From Deinococcus cellulosilyticus NBRC 106333 = KACC 11606 (GTDB lineage: Bacteria > Deinococcota > Deinococci > Deinococcales > Deinococcaceae), in NCBI RefSeq assembly GCF_007990775.1, contig NZ_BJXB01000015.1:89053-153052 (forward strand): a DNA stretch of 64,000 bases. The letters are read 5' to 3'. Shown piece after piece: positions 1 through 8,791 of this stretch (its first letter is position 1; the number at the start of each line of letters is the position of its first letter). The notes beneath the pieces are model-generated. The model ran no database searches, was not told the DNA's origin, and saw nothing but the letters and a program-made list of their open reading frames with translations. Made by a program: the position numbers and the translations under genes.

Positions 1-730
1 CCTGATCCAGGGTGTCCTGAATCCATTGTCTCAGGCTGCTGCGAAGTGCCTCTGGGCTTTCGTTGCGGTGCATCTGTTTGAGGTGTTGCAGTGCTGAAGG
101 TGCACCTCGCCCGACAAATTCCCTCAGGATCACTTCCAGCCGGAACCACAGGCTGTGCAGTTCAGCGTTGCGGCGCTGCTGCTGGTAGGTTCTGAAGGCC
201 GCCATGATGTTGGGTGGGAGTGGATGGGGCACGTCGAGCACGTGATAATTGCCCTCTGAGATCTGGGGAGGAGGGAGCAGTGCGTCTCCATCGACCCACA
301 GGCAAGGGTGCAGGGTGCTGGTTTCTTGCAGGACGCATCCGGTGAACACCTCCTGATACAGTCCGAGATGCAGGACCTGCCAGTCCTGTTCGGGTCTGGA
401 GCGGGCATTTCCGTGGATCAGGGCGACCACGGCGCGGGCATGTTCCACAGGGATCTGATAGCCCGAAAAAACCACATCGCTGGCCTGGTAGATCATCTCC
501 AGTGCCGCTACTGCATCCTTCTGTTCCCAATGGGCGATGAGCAGTTCACCTTGCACAAAAAGCAAGAAGGCCCGACCTTCTTTGCTGCAAAGGGCGGCTG
601 TCATTTTGTGGTCCTCGATCAGGGGAAAAAGGTCCTGGATCAATTGATCCACGGTGATTTCCACACCCAGAGGCTGGTTTTTGGGCAGCTGGGCAAAGAC
701 TTTTTCCTGGATCTCCGGGGTGACTTTCAT
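1..730 (-). CDS. Hypothetical protein of unknown function. The gene is partial, with its C-terminal end beyond the window start.
   Basis: An open frame runs on the minus strand from ATG at 730..728 to position 1 without a stop. Its ATG overlaps the TGA of the upstream membrane-protein gene as ATGA. I recognise no domain. Confidence 0.45.
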   Translation of the reverse strand, partial: MKVTPEIQEKVFAQLPKNQPLGVEITVDQLIQDLFPLIEDHKMTAALCSKEGRAFLLFVQGELLIAHWEQKDAVAALEMIYQASDVVFSGYQIPVEHARAVVALIHGNARSRPEQDWQVLHLGLYQEVFTGCVLQETSTLHPCLWVDGDALLPPPQISEGNYHVLDVPHPLPPNIMAAFRTYQQQRRNAELHSLWFRLEVILREFVGRGAPSALQHLKQMHRNESPEALRSSLRQWIQDTLDQ

Positions 731-1449
731 GCCAGTTTCCTTGGGGAGAAGTACAGCAGGACACTCATTCCGGTCAGCCAGACGATCTCGTAGAGGGTGT
801 GGGTCAAAGGAGACCAGTCACCGATGATTCCAATGATGCGGCCCACATTCACCAGGGTCAGGGCAATGCTGACCACCTGCACCTGCTTGCCAATCCTGCC
901 CCCTCCAATCAGAAAACTCTGCAGCAGGTAAAGCACAAAGACCAGCATGATGATGGCATGAATCAGGATGTTTAGAAACGGCATTTTGGTGACATAGGTG
1001 GTGAACAGATAAACCGTTACAGAACTGATCACGGCAGCAATGCCAATCAGCAGGGCAAAGCGCCCATTCGGGTACAACCCCTGTTGTTCCATGATGTAGG
1101 GCAGGCTGAAAGAGCCCATCATGATGCTGATGGTGGCCAGCAGGAAGATGTAATCGCTGCTGGGGTCCAGCACCCCGGTCAGGTTCAGGTATTGTTTGCC
1201 GGGCAACAGCATGAGGTCTCCCACCGTCACCAGCAACACCCCCCAGCTGAGGCCCAGGAAAGGCGTTTTCAGGGCCTTGGGTGCCTGCTGGTAGAACGTG
1301 TTGAGTGCTGCTGCTCCGAGTGCGTCACTGAGCAGCACAGGCAACAGTCTCCAGGGGTTCTGGGGATCAATGGTGATCAGGACAAGCCACCCAATCCAGA
1401 AGAGCCCCATGAAGGTCAACCGCTGTGGGAGAGGGGTTCTCAGGAGCAT
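727..1449 (-). CDS. Multi-pass integral membrane protein of unknown function
   Basis: 240-aa ORF with several hydrophobic segments. It is translationally coupled (ATGA) to the downstream gene. Confidence 0.5.
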   Translation of the reverse strand: MLLRTPLPQRLTFMGLFWIGWLVLITIDPQNPWRLLPVLLSDALGAAALNTFYQQAPKALKTPFLGLSWGVLLVTVGDLMLLPGKQYLNLTGVLDPSSDYIFLLATISIMMGSFSLPYIMEQQGLYPNGRFALLIGIAAVISSVTVYLFTTYVTKMPFLNILIHAIIMLVFVLYLLQSFLIGGGRIGKQVQVVSIALTLVNVGRIIGIIGDWSPLTHTLYEIVWLTGMSVLLYFSPRKLA

Positions 1450-1584
1450 GCTGGAATCAGTCTAACACAAGCTTTTAATCGTTCCGATGTCAGCCAGGGG
1501 TCTCTTGAGTTTGAACCCCGACTTGTGCTAGCATAGGGGCTTGAGTCCCCTTTTTGAAAAGGGGTGTTCTGGGAGGCACAAAAA

Positions 1585-1884
1585 ATGTTTGCAATTGTCC
1601 AAAGCGGCGGCAAGCAGTACCGCGTGAGTGAGGGGGATGTGATCCGCGTTGAGCGCGTGAACGCAGACGCCGGCACCACCGTTGAACTGCCTGTGCTGCT
1701 CCTGCAAGGCGAAAACACCCTGGTGGGTGAAGGCGTTCAAGGCAAGCTCGTGAAGGCCGAAGTGGTCGCTCACGGTCTGAGCAAGAAAATCTATGTCCGC
1801 AAGTACAAGAGCGGCATTCAATACCGTCGCCGTAACGGTCACCGTCAGCAGTTCACCACGCTGAAAATCACGGCGCTCGGGTAA
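1585..1884 (+). CDS. rplU: 50S ribosomal protein L21
   Basis: [23 protein letters not shown]... closely matches Deinococcus and other bacterial L21. A GGGAGG ribosome-binding site lies 8 nt upstream of ATG 1585. The track ORF begins earlier, at 1564. Confidence 0.9.
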   Translation: MFAIVQSGGKQYRVSEGDVIRVERVNADAGTTVELPVLLLQGENTLVGEGVQGKLVKAEVVAHGLSKKIYVRKYKSGIQYRRRNGHRQQFTTLKITALG

Positions 1885-1897
1885 GAGGTAACAGGCC

Positions 1898-2167
1898 ATG
1901 GCACACAAAAAAGGTGTAGGTTCCTCTAAAAACGGACGTGACAGCAACCCCAAATACCTCGGCGTCAAGAAATTTGGCGGCGAAGTGGTGCTTGCGGGCA
2001 ACATCCTGGTTCGCCAGCGTGGCACCAAGTTCAAGGCTGGCAACGGCGTGGGCATGGGCCGCGATCACACCCTGTTCGCTCTGCAAGACGGCATTGTGAC
2101 CTTTGCTGACAAAGGCACCAAGGGCCGCTTCATCAGCGTGCAGGCCCAGGTTGCTGCTGCAGACTGA
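1898..2167 (+). CDS. rpmA: 50S ribosomal protein L27
   Basis: [28 protein letters not shown]... is the canonical L27 N-terminus. It lies 13 nt after rplU. Confidence 0.95.
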   Translation: MAHKKGVGSSKNGRDSNPKYLGVKKFGGEVVLAGNILVRQRGTKFKAGNGVGMGRDHTLFALQDGIVTFADKGTKGRFISVQAQVAAAD

Positions 2168-2178
2168 ATCTCAAACCA

Positions 2179-2216
2179 GGGTGAGGGCCAGGTCAAAACT
2201 GGCCCTCACTTTTGTC
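2179..2216 (+). terminator. Rho-independent terminator downstream of rpmA
   Basis: GGGTGAGGGCCAG-gtcaaaa-CTGGCCCTCAC followed by TTTTGTC. Confidence 0.7.
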
Positions 2217-2251
2217 ATGTGACTCACGCACAAAAGCGGGAAACTCAGGTC

Positions 2252-3313
2252 ATGCAGAAGCTTTTGGTGACGTTCATTCTGACAGCCTCCCTGGCGCAGG
2301 CACAGGAGTTTAACAGCATCCGCATGGTTTCGGACCAGCAGGTGTGGGGCTTCACCCGTGGAGGGGCTTACTTCTCCGAAGATGCTGCCCAGACCTGGAA
2401 ACAGGTGACTCCGGCTTTCACCGAGCAGGTGACTGCCCTGCAAGGCTTTGCGCTGGACGCAAAACATGCCTGGCTCACCGGGCAGGGAGATGGCAAGGTG
2501 CTGCTGGCCTTCACGCAGGATGCCGGGCAGAACTGGACGCAACTGAAGCTTTATGAGCAGGGACAGGGGGCCTGGGTGCAGTTCCGCGACCCCCAGAACG
2601 GTTTTGCCGTGATTGGGATGGACGCAGGCATGAGCCACCAGGCTTTCATTCTGCTGAAGACCTCCAATGGCGGGGTCACCTGGCAGAAGGTCAACAGCAG
2701 CAAGAACGATTACTTCAAAACGCCTGAGTTGCAGGGAGGCAACCTCCCGGACATCTGCTGCATCACCGATGCCCTCTTTGTGAACGACAAAACGGTGCTG
2801 GTGACCGGCGGATACACCCCCATCGAGAAGCCCTACTTTTTTCGCAGCAACAATGGGGGCAAGACTTTTGTGGCAGCCAGTTCAATCCTGCCCCTGAATG
2901 CCACAGAGCGAAAAAGCTTTTCCCGTCTTGAAATCCCGTATGCTAAAGGGGATGTGGTGCTGGTGGTGGGAACCTTCAGCACACCTGAGCAACCCAGTGT
3001 TCTGGTGACCTTCCTGTCGCAGGATGGCGGAAAGAGCTGGGTCAGAGGAGAAAAACTCAACCCCAGATCTCAACCTCAACGGACACAGGTGCTCTTCACG
3101 GACGCCAAAAACGGATTCACCTGGCTGGGAGGGAAGTTGTACAAGACCTCCACCGCCGGACAGACCTGGCACGAAATCAAGGTGCCCTTTGAAAATGCTG
3201 CGGGGTTCAAACAGATCACCTTCGCAGACCCCAGAAACGGCATGGCTCTTCTGGACACCTCCCTGTGGATCACCGGGAACGGTGGAGAGTCATGGCAGGA
3301 AATCAAGAGGTGA
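2252..3313 (+). CDS. Secreted BNR/Ycf48-like repeat protein (sortilin/sialidase-type repeats)
   Basis: Signal peptide MQKLLVTFILTASLAQA. Repeated SxDxGxTW-like motifs (AQTWKQV, GQNWTQL, GGVTWQKV, GGKTF, GGKSW, AGQTWHEI, GGESWQEI). Start chosen at the in-frame ATG within track ORF 2219..3313. Confidence 0.6.
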   Translation: MQKLLVTFILTASLAQAQEFNSIRMVSDQQVWGFTRGGAYFSEDAAQTWKQVTPAFTEQVTALQGFALDAKHAWLTGQGDGKVLLAFTQDAGQNWTQLKLYEQGQGAWVQFRDPQNGFAVIGMDAGMSHQAFILLKTSNGGVTWQKVNSSKNDYFKTPELQGGNLPDICCITDALFVNDKTVLVTGGYTPIEKPYFFRSNNGGKTFVAASSILPLNATERKSFSRLEIPYAKGDVVLVVGTFSTPEQPSVLVTFLSQDGGKSWVRGEKLNPRSQPQRTQVLFTDAKNGFTWLGGKLYKTSTAGQTWHEIKVPFENAAGFKQITFADPRNGMALLDTSLWITGNGGESWQEIKR

Positions 3314-3316
3314 AGT

Positions 3317-4630
3317 GTGGCTTTTCGGGACGTTCTCGAAATTGAAGTGATTGCAGGCAACGGTGGCGATGGTGCCATGAGCTTCCACCGGGCCAAATAC
3401 ATGCCCAAAGGTGGCCCGGACGGTGGTCACGGGGGCAAGGGCGGCAGTGTGTTCCTGCGGGCGGTCAACAACGTCAGCAGTCTGGACACATTGATCGGCA
3501 GACGCAAATACAAGGCCAGCAACGGCTGGTACGGTGAAGGCCGCCTCAGAAACGGCAAAGACGGCGAGGACATGGTCATTGATGTGCCCGTCGGAACCAC
3601 CGCCTTCGATGTGGAATCGGGCCGTGTGATTGCCGACCTGACCGAAGTCGGACAGGTCAAACTGGTCGCCAAGGGCGGATCGGGCGGACGCGGAAACAGC
3701 GTGTTCGTGACCCCCACCCGCCAGGCCCCCAGATTCGCAGAACTCGGGACCAAAGGGGAAACCCGCAAGATCCGTCTGGAACTGCGTCTGATTGCAGATG
3801 TGGGGCTCGTGGGCTACCCCAACGCCGGAAAATCCAGCCTGCTTGCCAGACTGTCCCGCGCCAATCCCGAAATCGCCGATTATCCGTTCACCACCCTGAG
3901 CCCCATTCTCGGTGTGGTGACCCGTGAAGACCAGGAAGACCAGCGTTTCACCCTGGCAGACATCCCCGGCATCATCGAAGGGGCCTCTGAAGGCAAAGGG
4001 CTGGGCCTGGAGTTCCTGCGCCACATCAGCCGCACCCGACTGCTGGTGTACGTGCTGGCCGGAGATCAGGACCCGGTGGGCAACCTGGAAAGCCTGCAGA
4101 CCGAGTTGCAGAGCTACGACCCCAGCCTGCTGGACGCTGCCGCCTGCATCGTGCTGAACAAAATCGACCTGATCGAAGAAGACGTGCAGGAGATGATCGA
4201 GGAAGAGTTGCAGGAATTCGGTCTCCCGGTGCTGAAAATCAGTGCCCTGGAAGAAATCGGCCTTGACCAGCTCAAAGAAACCCTCTTTGACCTGCTGCCC
4301 TCCCGTGAACTGTGGCGTGAAACCCACACCCTGGAAGAAGAACCCGAAGTGGTCCGCATCGAGCCCCTGCGCATCGAACGCCACGAGGACATCATCCCGG
4401 GAGACAACGAATACGAAGAGGAAATCGAAATCGTCTGGGAGGTGCTCGGAGGGGGCTTTGCAGAACGTCTGGCCCGCTTCTCCCGTCACCTCGACGACGC
4501 TGCAGAATACCTGCAGGCCTACTTCAAACGGGAAGGTCTCTTCAACGCCCTCAAACGTGCTGGAGCCAAACAGGGCGACACCGTGGAAATCGGCATCATG
4601 AAGTTCGAGTACTTCGAGGACGAGAACTGA
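3317..4630 (+). CDS. obg: GTPase Obg/CgtA
   Basis: Gly-rich Obg fold N-terminus (GGDGAMSF...[14 protein letters not shown]), G domain with [11 protein letters not shown], and a C-terminal extension. GTG start after an AAGAGGTGAAG ribosome-binding site. Confidence 0.9.
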   Translation: MAFRDVLEIEVIAGNGGDGAMSFHRAKYMPKGGPDGGHGGKGGSVFLRAVNNVSSLDTLIGRRKYKASNGWYGEGRLRNGKDGEDMVIDVPVGTTAFDVESGRVIADLTEVGQVKLVAKGGSGGRGNSVFVTPTRQAPRFAELGTKGETRKIRLELRLIADVGLVGYPNAGKSSLLARLSRANPEIADYPFTTLSPILGVVTREDQEDQRFTLADIPGIIEGASEGKGLGLEFLRHISRTRLLVYVLAGDQDPVGNLESLQTELQSYDPSLLDAAACIVLNKIDLIEEDVQEMIEEELQEFGLPVLKISALEEIGLDQLKETLFDLLPSRELWRETHTLEEEPEVVRIEPLRIERHEDIIPGDNEYEEEIEIVWEVLGGGFAERLARFSRHLDDAAEYLQAYFKREGLFNALKRAGAKQGDTVEIGIMKFEYFEDEN

Positions 4631-4728
4631 TTTAGAGAGCAGAAGGCCAAAGGCAGAAGGCTCTCACCTGATGGCCAAAGCTCTAACTTTTTTGCCTTCT
4701 GCTTTCTGCCTTCTGCTGAGGGGTATGT

Positions 4729-5346
4729 ATGATTCACGCTAGGCTTCCTGGCCCGAACTCTTATAATGAAACCGCTGAGCGTGGCATGATGATGATTCCT
4801 CCACACCTCGATTTCTGGGCAAGACGCATTCAACTGATGGTGAAACCCCGACGCTTTGAGCATGTGCTGAGGGTGGCCGAACTGGCCCACCAGATTGCAC
4901 TGTCCAATGGTCTGGATGCGGATCTGGCCTATGAGGCAGGCCTCCTTCACGACATTGCCCGGGACATCAGCAGCACGGATTTGCTCAAACTCGCTCCACC
5001 GGAGTGCCCCATCGATGAGCGGCATCCGCTGGCCTTGCATGGGCGTGCCGGAAGGGTGCTGCTGGAGTACTGGGGGTACAACAACGAGGATGTGCTGTAC
5101 GCTGTGGAGGAACACACCACCGGGCCGAGTCCGGACCGTCCCATCAGTGCAGTGGTCTACATTGCCGATGTGAGCGAGCCCGGGCGCAACGTGAACCACC
5201 ACATCCGTGAGATGGCCTTTGATGACCTGCAGGGTGCGCTCGATCTCGCCATTGGCAGCAAGGTGCGTTACCTGCAGGGCCGGGGCATCGAGGTGCATCC
5301 CAGAACCATGAAGGTGTTCAACAGCCTCATTTCCAGCGACAGGTGA
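4729..5346 (+). CDS. yqeK: HD-domain phosphohydrolase YqeK (bis(5'-nucleosyl)-tetraphosphatase family)
   Basis: The HD motif (LLHDIARD) and conserved synteny downstream of obg support the call. Confidence 0.7.
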   Translation: MIHARLPGPNSYNETAERGMMMIPPHLDFWARRIQLMVKPRRFEHVLRVAELAHQIALSNGLDADLAYEAGLLHDIARDISSTDLLKLAPPECPIDERHPLALHGRAGRVLLEYWGYNNEDVLYAVEEHTTGPSPDRPISAVVYIADVSEPGRNVNHHIREMAFDDLQGALDLAIGSKVRYLQGRGIEVHPRTMKVFNSLISSDR

Positions 5347-5356
5347 AGATGCATTG

Positions 5357-6622
5357 ATGGAACGAACCCCCAAGAGCAAACCGAAGCAGCAGTGGCGCAT
5401 CTGGCGCACCGTTCAACTGACCAGCCTGATGCTGGCCGCCAGTGGCCTCCTGGGTTTTGCCCTGATGAGTGCCCAGGGCATCACCGGGAAGCGTGCAGGT
5501 CTGGTCACCGCCAGTGGTGAAGCGCCCAGTTTCACGGTGTTGCTTGCCGGTCTGGAAGCGTCTTACTGTGCCTGGGCCACCCCCACAGCTCCGGCCCGCA
5601 AGTGCACGCCTGAGGAAGCGGTGGACCGCAACAAGGTGGTGGACGGCATGCACACCGACACCATCATGCTGGCGACCTTCAACAAGACCAACGTGCAGAT
5701 CCTCAACATTCCCCGGGACACCCAGGCCGAGGGAACCTACCGCAAGATCAACTCCTCTTTCAAGATCGGGGGTCCCGAGCAACTCCTCGGAGATGTGGAG
5801 ACCCTGATCGGGCAGCGCATCGATTACTACGCCATTGTCCGTCTGGACTTTGTCGGAGATGTGATTGATCGGCTGGGAGGGCTGGATGTGGTGGCTCCGG
5901 CAGATGTGGCCTTCGATGACCGTGCTGCAGACCTGCACCTGCACCTGAAAGCCGGACCCCATCACCTGAATGGCAAAGATGCGGTGGCCTTCCTGCGCAT
6001 GCGCAAAGCTCCAGGGTGGGGAGATGACTATGGCCGCATTGACCGCCAGAAGCTCGCCATTGCCCAGTTGCTGGACAAATTGCGCAGCTCCCAGGGGCTC
6101 ACGGCACTGCCAGGCATCCTCTCACAGTTCAACAACGGGGTGATCACCAATGCCGATCCCAGCATGATCGATGCGATGGTGCCCTTCCTGAAGAGTTACC
6201 GCCTGCAGATGGCCACCCTTCCGACCAATGAAATTCCCGGTTCCAGCAACCTGGCGGTGGACCGTGCAGCTTTAGACCTCATGAATGCCCCCACCCAGCA
6301 GGTGGCCCAGAGTGCCATTCCAGAATCGCCCGTGCGCATTGTGGATGGCAGTGGCACCGGACTGGGGAAGAAGCTTTCAAACTACCTCTCCCAGCAGGGG
6401 TATAAGATTTCTCAGGTGGAAGAGCAGACAGCCAGTTCCGAACAGAGCTCTGTGGCCACCCGCAATGAGGTGAGCGATGCCGAGCAGGTGTCCACCCGCC
6501 TCAACCTGCCCAGAATTCAGACCCTGCGCCTTCCTGTAGAGTACGGCGAGGTGGTGGTGTTTCTCGGGCAGGACGCCAACAGCAAATACGCAGCACTCGC
6601 TGCCCTCCCCGGAACAGAGTAG
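5357..6622 (+). CDS. LytR-CpsA-Psr (LCP) family cell-envelope phosphotransferase
   Basis: N-terminal TM anchor, LCP catalytic core (MHTDTIMLATFNK...NIPRDT...INSSF) and a C-terminal LytR_C-like region. ATG preferred over the TTG 3 nt upstream. Confidence 0.8.
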   Translation: MERTPKSKPKQQWRIWRTVQLTSLMLAASGLLGFALMSAQGITGKRAGLVTASGEAPSFTVLLAGLEASYCAWATPTAPARKCTPEEAVDRNKVVDGMHTDTIMLATFNKTNVQILNIPRDTQAEGTYRKINSSFKIGGPEQLLGDVETLIGQRIDYYAIVRLDFVGDVIDRLGGLDVVAPADVAFDDRAADLHLHLKAGPHHLNGKDAVAFLRMRKAPGWGDDYGRIDRQKLAIAQLLDKLRSSQGLTALPGILSQFNNGVITNADPSMIDAMVPFLKSYRLQMATLPTNEIPGSSNLAVDRAALDLMNAPTQQVAQSAIPESPVRIVDGSGTGLGKKLSNYLSQQGYKISQVEEQTASSEQSSVATRNEVSDAEQVSTRLNLPRIQTLRLPVEYGEVVVFLGQDANSKYAALAALPGTE

Positions 6623-6717
6623 ATTTTTCATGAACCCATGTTCGTGAATTCCTGACTTTTCTACTCGTTTCCCACGCCAGAGTGAGGTACACTCACTCTT
6701 ATTCAGCAAGGAGAACC

Positions 6718-7053
6718 ATGCAAGACAGAGAACTGATTCAACTGATTGTGGATGCCGCAAAAGACAAAAGAGCCGAAGATGTGGTGGTCTTAGACCTCCA
6801 GCACGTGAGCAGCACCCTCGATTACTTCATCATCTGCACCGCCAGTGCAGGGCTGCAGATCAACGCTGTACAGAATGCTGTGCGCGAGGCCACCAAGGAA
6901 AAAGGCGTTCATGCCCTTGGAATTGAAGGCCCCAGCGACCGCTGGATTCTGATCAACTTCGGCACGGTGATCGTGCACGTCATGACGAAAGAGGCTCGTG
7001 ACTATTATGACCTGGAAGGTCTCTGGTCTGATGCCCAGCACGTTGCAGTCTAG
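6718..7053 (+). CDS. rsfS: Ribosomal silencing factor RsfS (Iojap)
   Basis: MQDRELIQLIVDAAKDKRAEDVVVLDL...DYFIICTA...WILINFGTVIVHVM is the RsfS signature. Start chosen at the internal ATG of track ORF 6682..7053. The C-terminus overlaps the convergent kinase gene. Confidence 0.75.
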   Translation: MQDRELIQLIVDAAKDKRAEDVVVLDLQHVSSTLDYFIICTASAGLQINAVQNAVREATKEKGVHALGIEGPSDRWILINFGTVIVHVMTKEARDYYDLEGLWSDAQHVAV

Positions 7054-8260
7054 GTAAAACCACATCCACCTGGGTTCCGCCCCCATCGGGGGTGGAGATC
7101 CTCAGGTGGCCTCCGTGGGCTTCCACGAAGCGTTTCACCACAGCCAGACCCAATCCCCAGCCCTTCTTGCCGTTGTTGCGTTTCAGGCGGTAGAAGGGCT
7201 CCATCACTTTGCGCTGTTCCTCTTCGGGAATGCCAGGGCCGTAATCCCGCACGCTGATGGTCACTTCCTTGCCCATGGCGTACACCCCGATGTCCACATT
7301 GGTGTGGGAGGGAGCGTACTTCAGGGCGTTTTCCACGAGGTTGCGGATCACCTGTTTGATGCGCACCACATCCACATCCAGCATCACCGGGGTGAGGGGC
7401 AGGATGCACTGCACGCGGGGTTCTTCCTGGGCAAACTCGCGCACCATTTCGCGGATGTCGATGCGCTCCCACTTGAGTTCGAGGTTCACATACACGTCCT
7501 CCAGGCGGCTCAGGTCGGTGAGGACCGTCAGTTCCTGGGTGCTGTTGACCAGGCGTTCCAGCAGGGTGCGGCGCTGGTCTGCGGTCAGGGAATCCCGGCT
7601 GAGCAGATTGGTGGCCAGCACCAGTTGCTGCAGGGGTTTGCGCAGTTCGTGTGAGGTGATGGCGTTCAGTTCCATCTGCAGTTGCTTCTGGGCCTCCACC
7701 TTGTTCTTTTCTTCGTGGTAGTTGACCCAGATGCGGGTCATCATGGCGGCCAGCAGACCGAAAGTGATGGACACCAGGATGCGCAGCCAGAACTGCTGGG
7801 TGCGCAGGGTGTACAGCACGTTCAGGCGGTTGTCCTGAATCAGGTCGCGGGACTGCATGGAGAGCTGCATGGATTCCCGGTAGGCTTTTTCCAGCAGGGG
7901 AATGCTGGGGGGGGTGGTCTGGATGGCCTGCTGCAGGTTCCCGATGATGCTGCTGAGTCTGGCATCTCCGTAGGTTTCCACCTCTTTGACCTGTGGGAAT
8001 TCGCTGTTGAGGTTCTTGAAGGTGTCTCTCAGCAGGGCGAGGTTCTGCTCGTAGGTGGCACTGCAGATCTGGTGGTCAGAGGTCTGCATCAGGATGCAGG
8101 CGATGCGCTGGTTGAGCTGGTAATAGTGGTGGTTGCTCCAGATCAGGTTCTGGCGGGTCAGGGCGTCATAGGAGGGCAGAAAAGCCAGCGTAAACAGCAT
8201 GAAAGACACCCCGGCAACCAGCAGGGCAGCAATCAGAGGGGTAAACCTGTGACGCAGCAT
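6980..8260 (-). CDS. Sensor histidine kinase with no cognate response regulator in the operon
   Basis: Two TM segments, H-box SHELRKPL, N and G boxes (NLVENALKYA, DYGPGIP, GWGLGLAVV). Start chosen at MLRHRF. Confidence 0.8.
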   Translation of the reverse strand: MLRHRFTPLIAALLVAGVSFMLFTLAFLPSYDALTRQNLIWSNHHYYQLNQRIACILMQTSDHQICSATYEQNLALLRDTFKNLNSEFPQVKEVETYGDARLSSIIGNLQQAIQTTPPSIPLLEKAYRESMQLSMQSRDLIQDNRLNVLYTLRTQQFWLRILVSITFGLLAAMMTRIWVNYHEEKNKVEAQKQLQMELNAITSHELRKPLQQLVLATNLLSRDSLTADQRRTLLERLVNSTQELTVLTDLSRLEDVYVNLELKWERIDIREMVREFAQEEPRVQCILPLTPVMLDVDVVRIKQVIRNLVENALKYAPSHTNVDIGVYAMGKEVTISVRDYGPGIPEEEQRKVMEPFYRLKRNNGKKGWGLGLAVVKRFVEAHGGHLRISTPDGGGTQVDVVLPRLQRAGHQTRDLPGHNSHEPLSS

Positions 8261-8262
8261 GT

Positions 8263-8778
8263 TCACTCCACGCGGATGCTCTTCAGGAACCACACCCACT
8301 TGCTGCCGTATTCCAGCACGTTGAAGCGGTCAGGGTAGGCGTGGCTGGGAAAGACCACCAGCAGGGGGCCTTTGTCTTCAATGGTGAGGGGTTGACCGTC
8401 CCCTTTGAAGGCGATCATCACCGGGTAATCCAGCACGTCCTGCGCATTGATGAAGGTGCTGTAATCGTTGGTGGCCACCATGTAGAGCTTTTTGGGGGTC
8501 AGCTTCAGGTGATCCATCAGGTCGGCGATCATCACCCCCTGGTAGGTGTGTGGGTGGCTGGCGTCATCCGGGCGTGCTGTGCGGTACTCGATGATCCGCA
8601 AAGACTCCAGCTGGGCCTGGGTGAATGTCGTTTCCCCTTTCATGGACTGCACCGTGAGGACCACGGGATCACTGCCTGCTGCAGGCATGGCCTGGGCTGG
8701 ACGCACCTCCTGATACACCTGGGGTCGGGTGCATCCTGTGAGCAGGAGCACCGCGCAGGAAACCAACAAAGCCCGCAT
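8263..8778 (-). CDS. Lipoprotein of unknown function
   Basis: Lipobox LLLTGC at the N-terminus. Lies between the molybdopterin enzyme gene and the kinase gene with 2-13 nt gaps. Confidence 0.5.
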   Translation of the reverse strand: MRALLVSCAVLLLTGCTRPQVYQEVRPAQAMPAAGSDPVVLTVQSMKGETTFTQAQLESLRIIEYRTARPDDASHPHTYQGVMIADLMDHLKLTPKKLYMVATNDYSTFINAQDVLDYPVMIAFKGDGQPLTIEDKGPLLVVFPSHAYPDRFNVLEYGSKWVWFLKSIRVE

Positions 8779-8791
8779 ACTTAACAGGATA

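Noticed and set aside
3290-4489. 399-aa ORF on the minus strand
   Set aside because: It is antisense to obg, which has unmistakable GTPase motifs on the plus strand.
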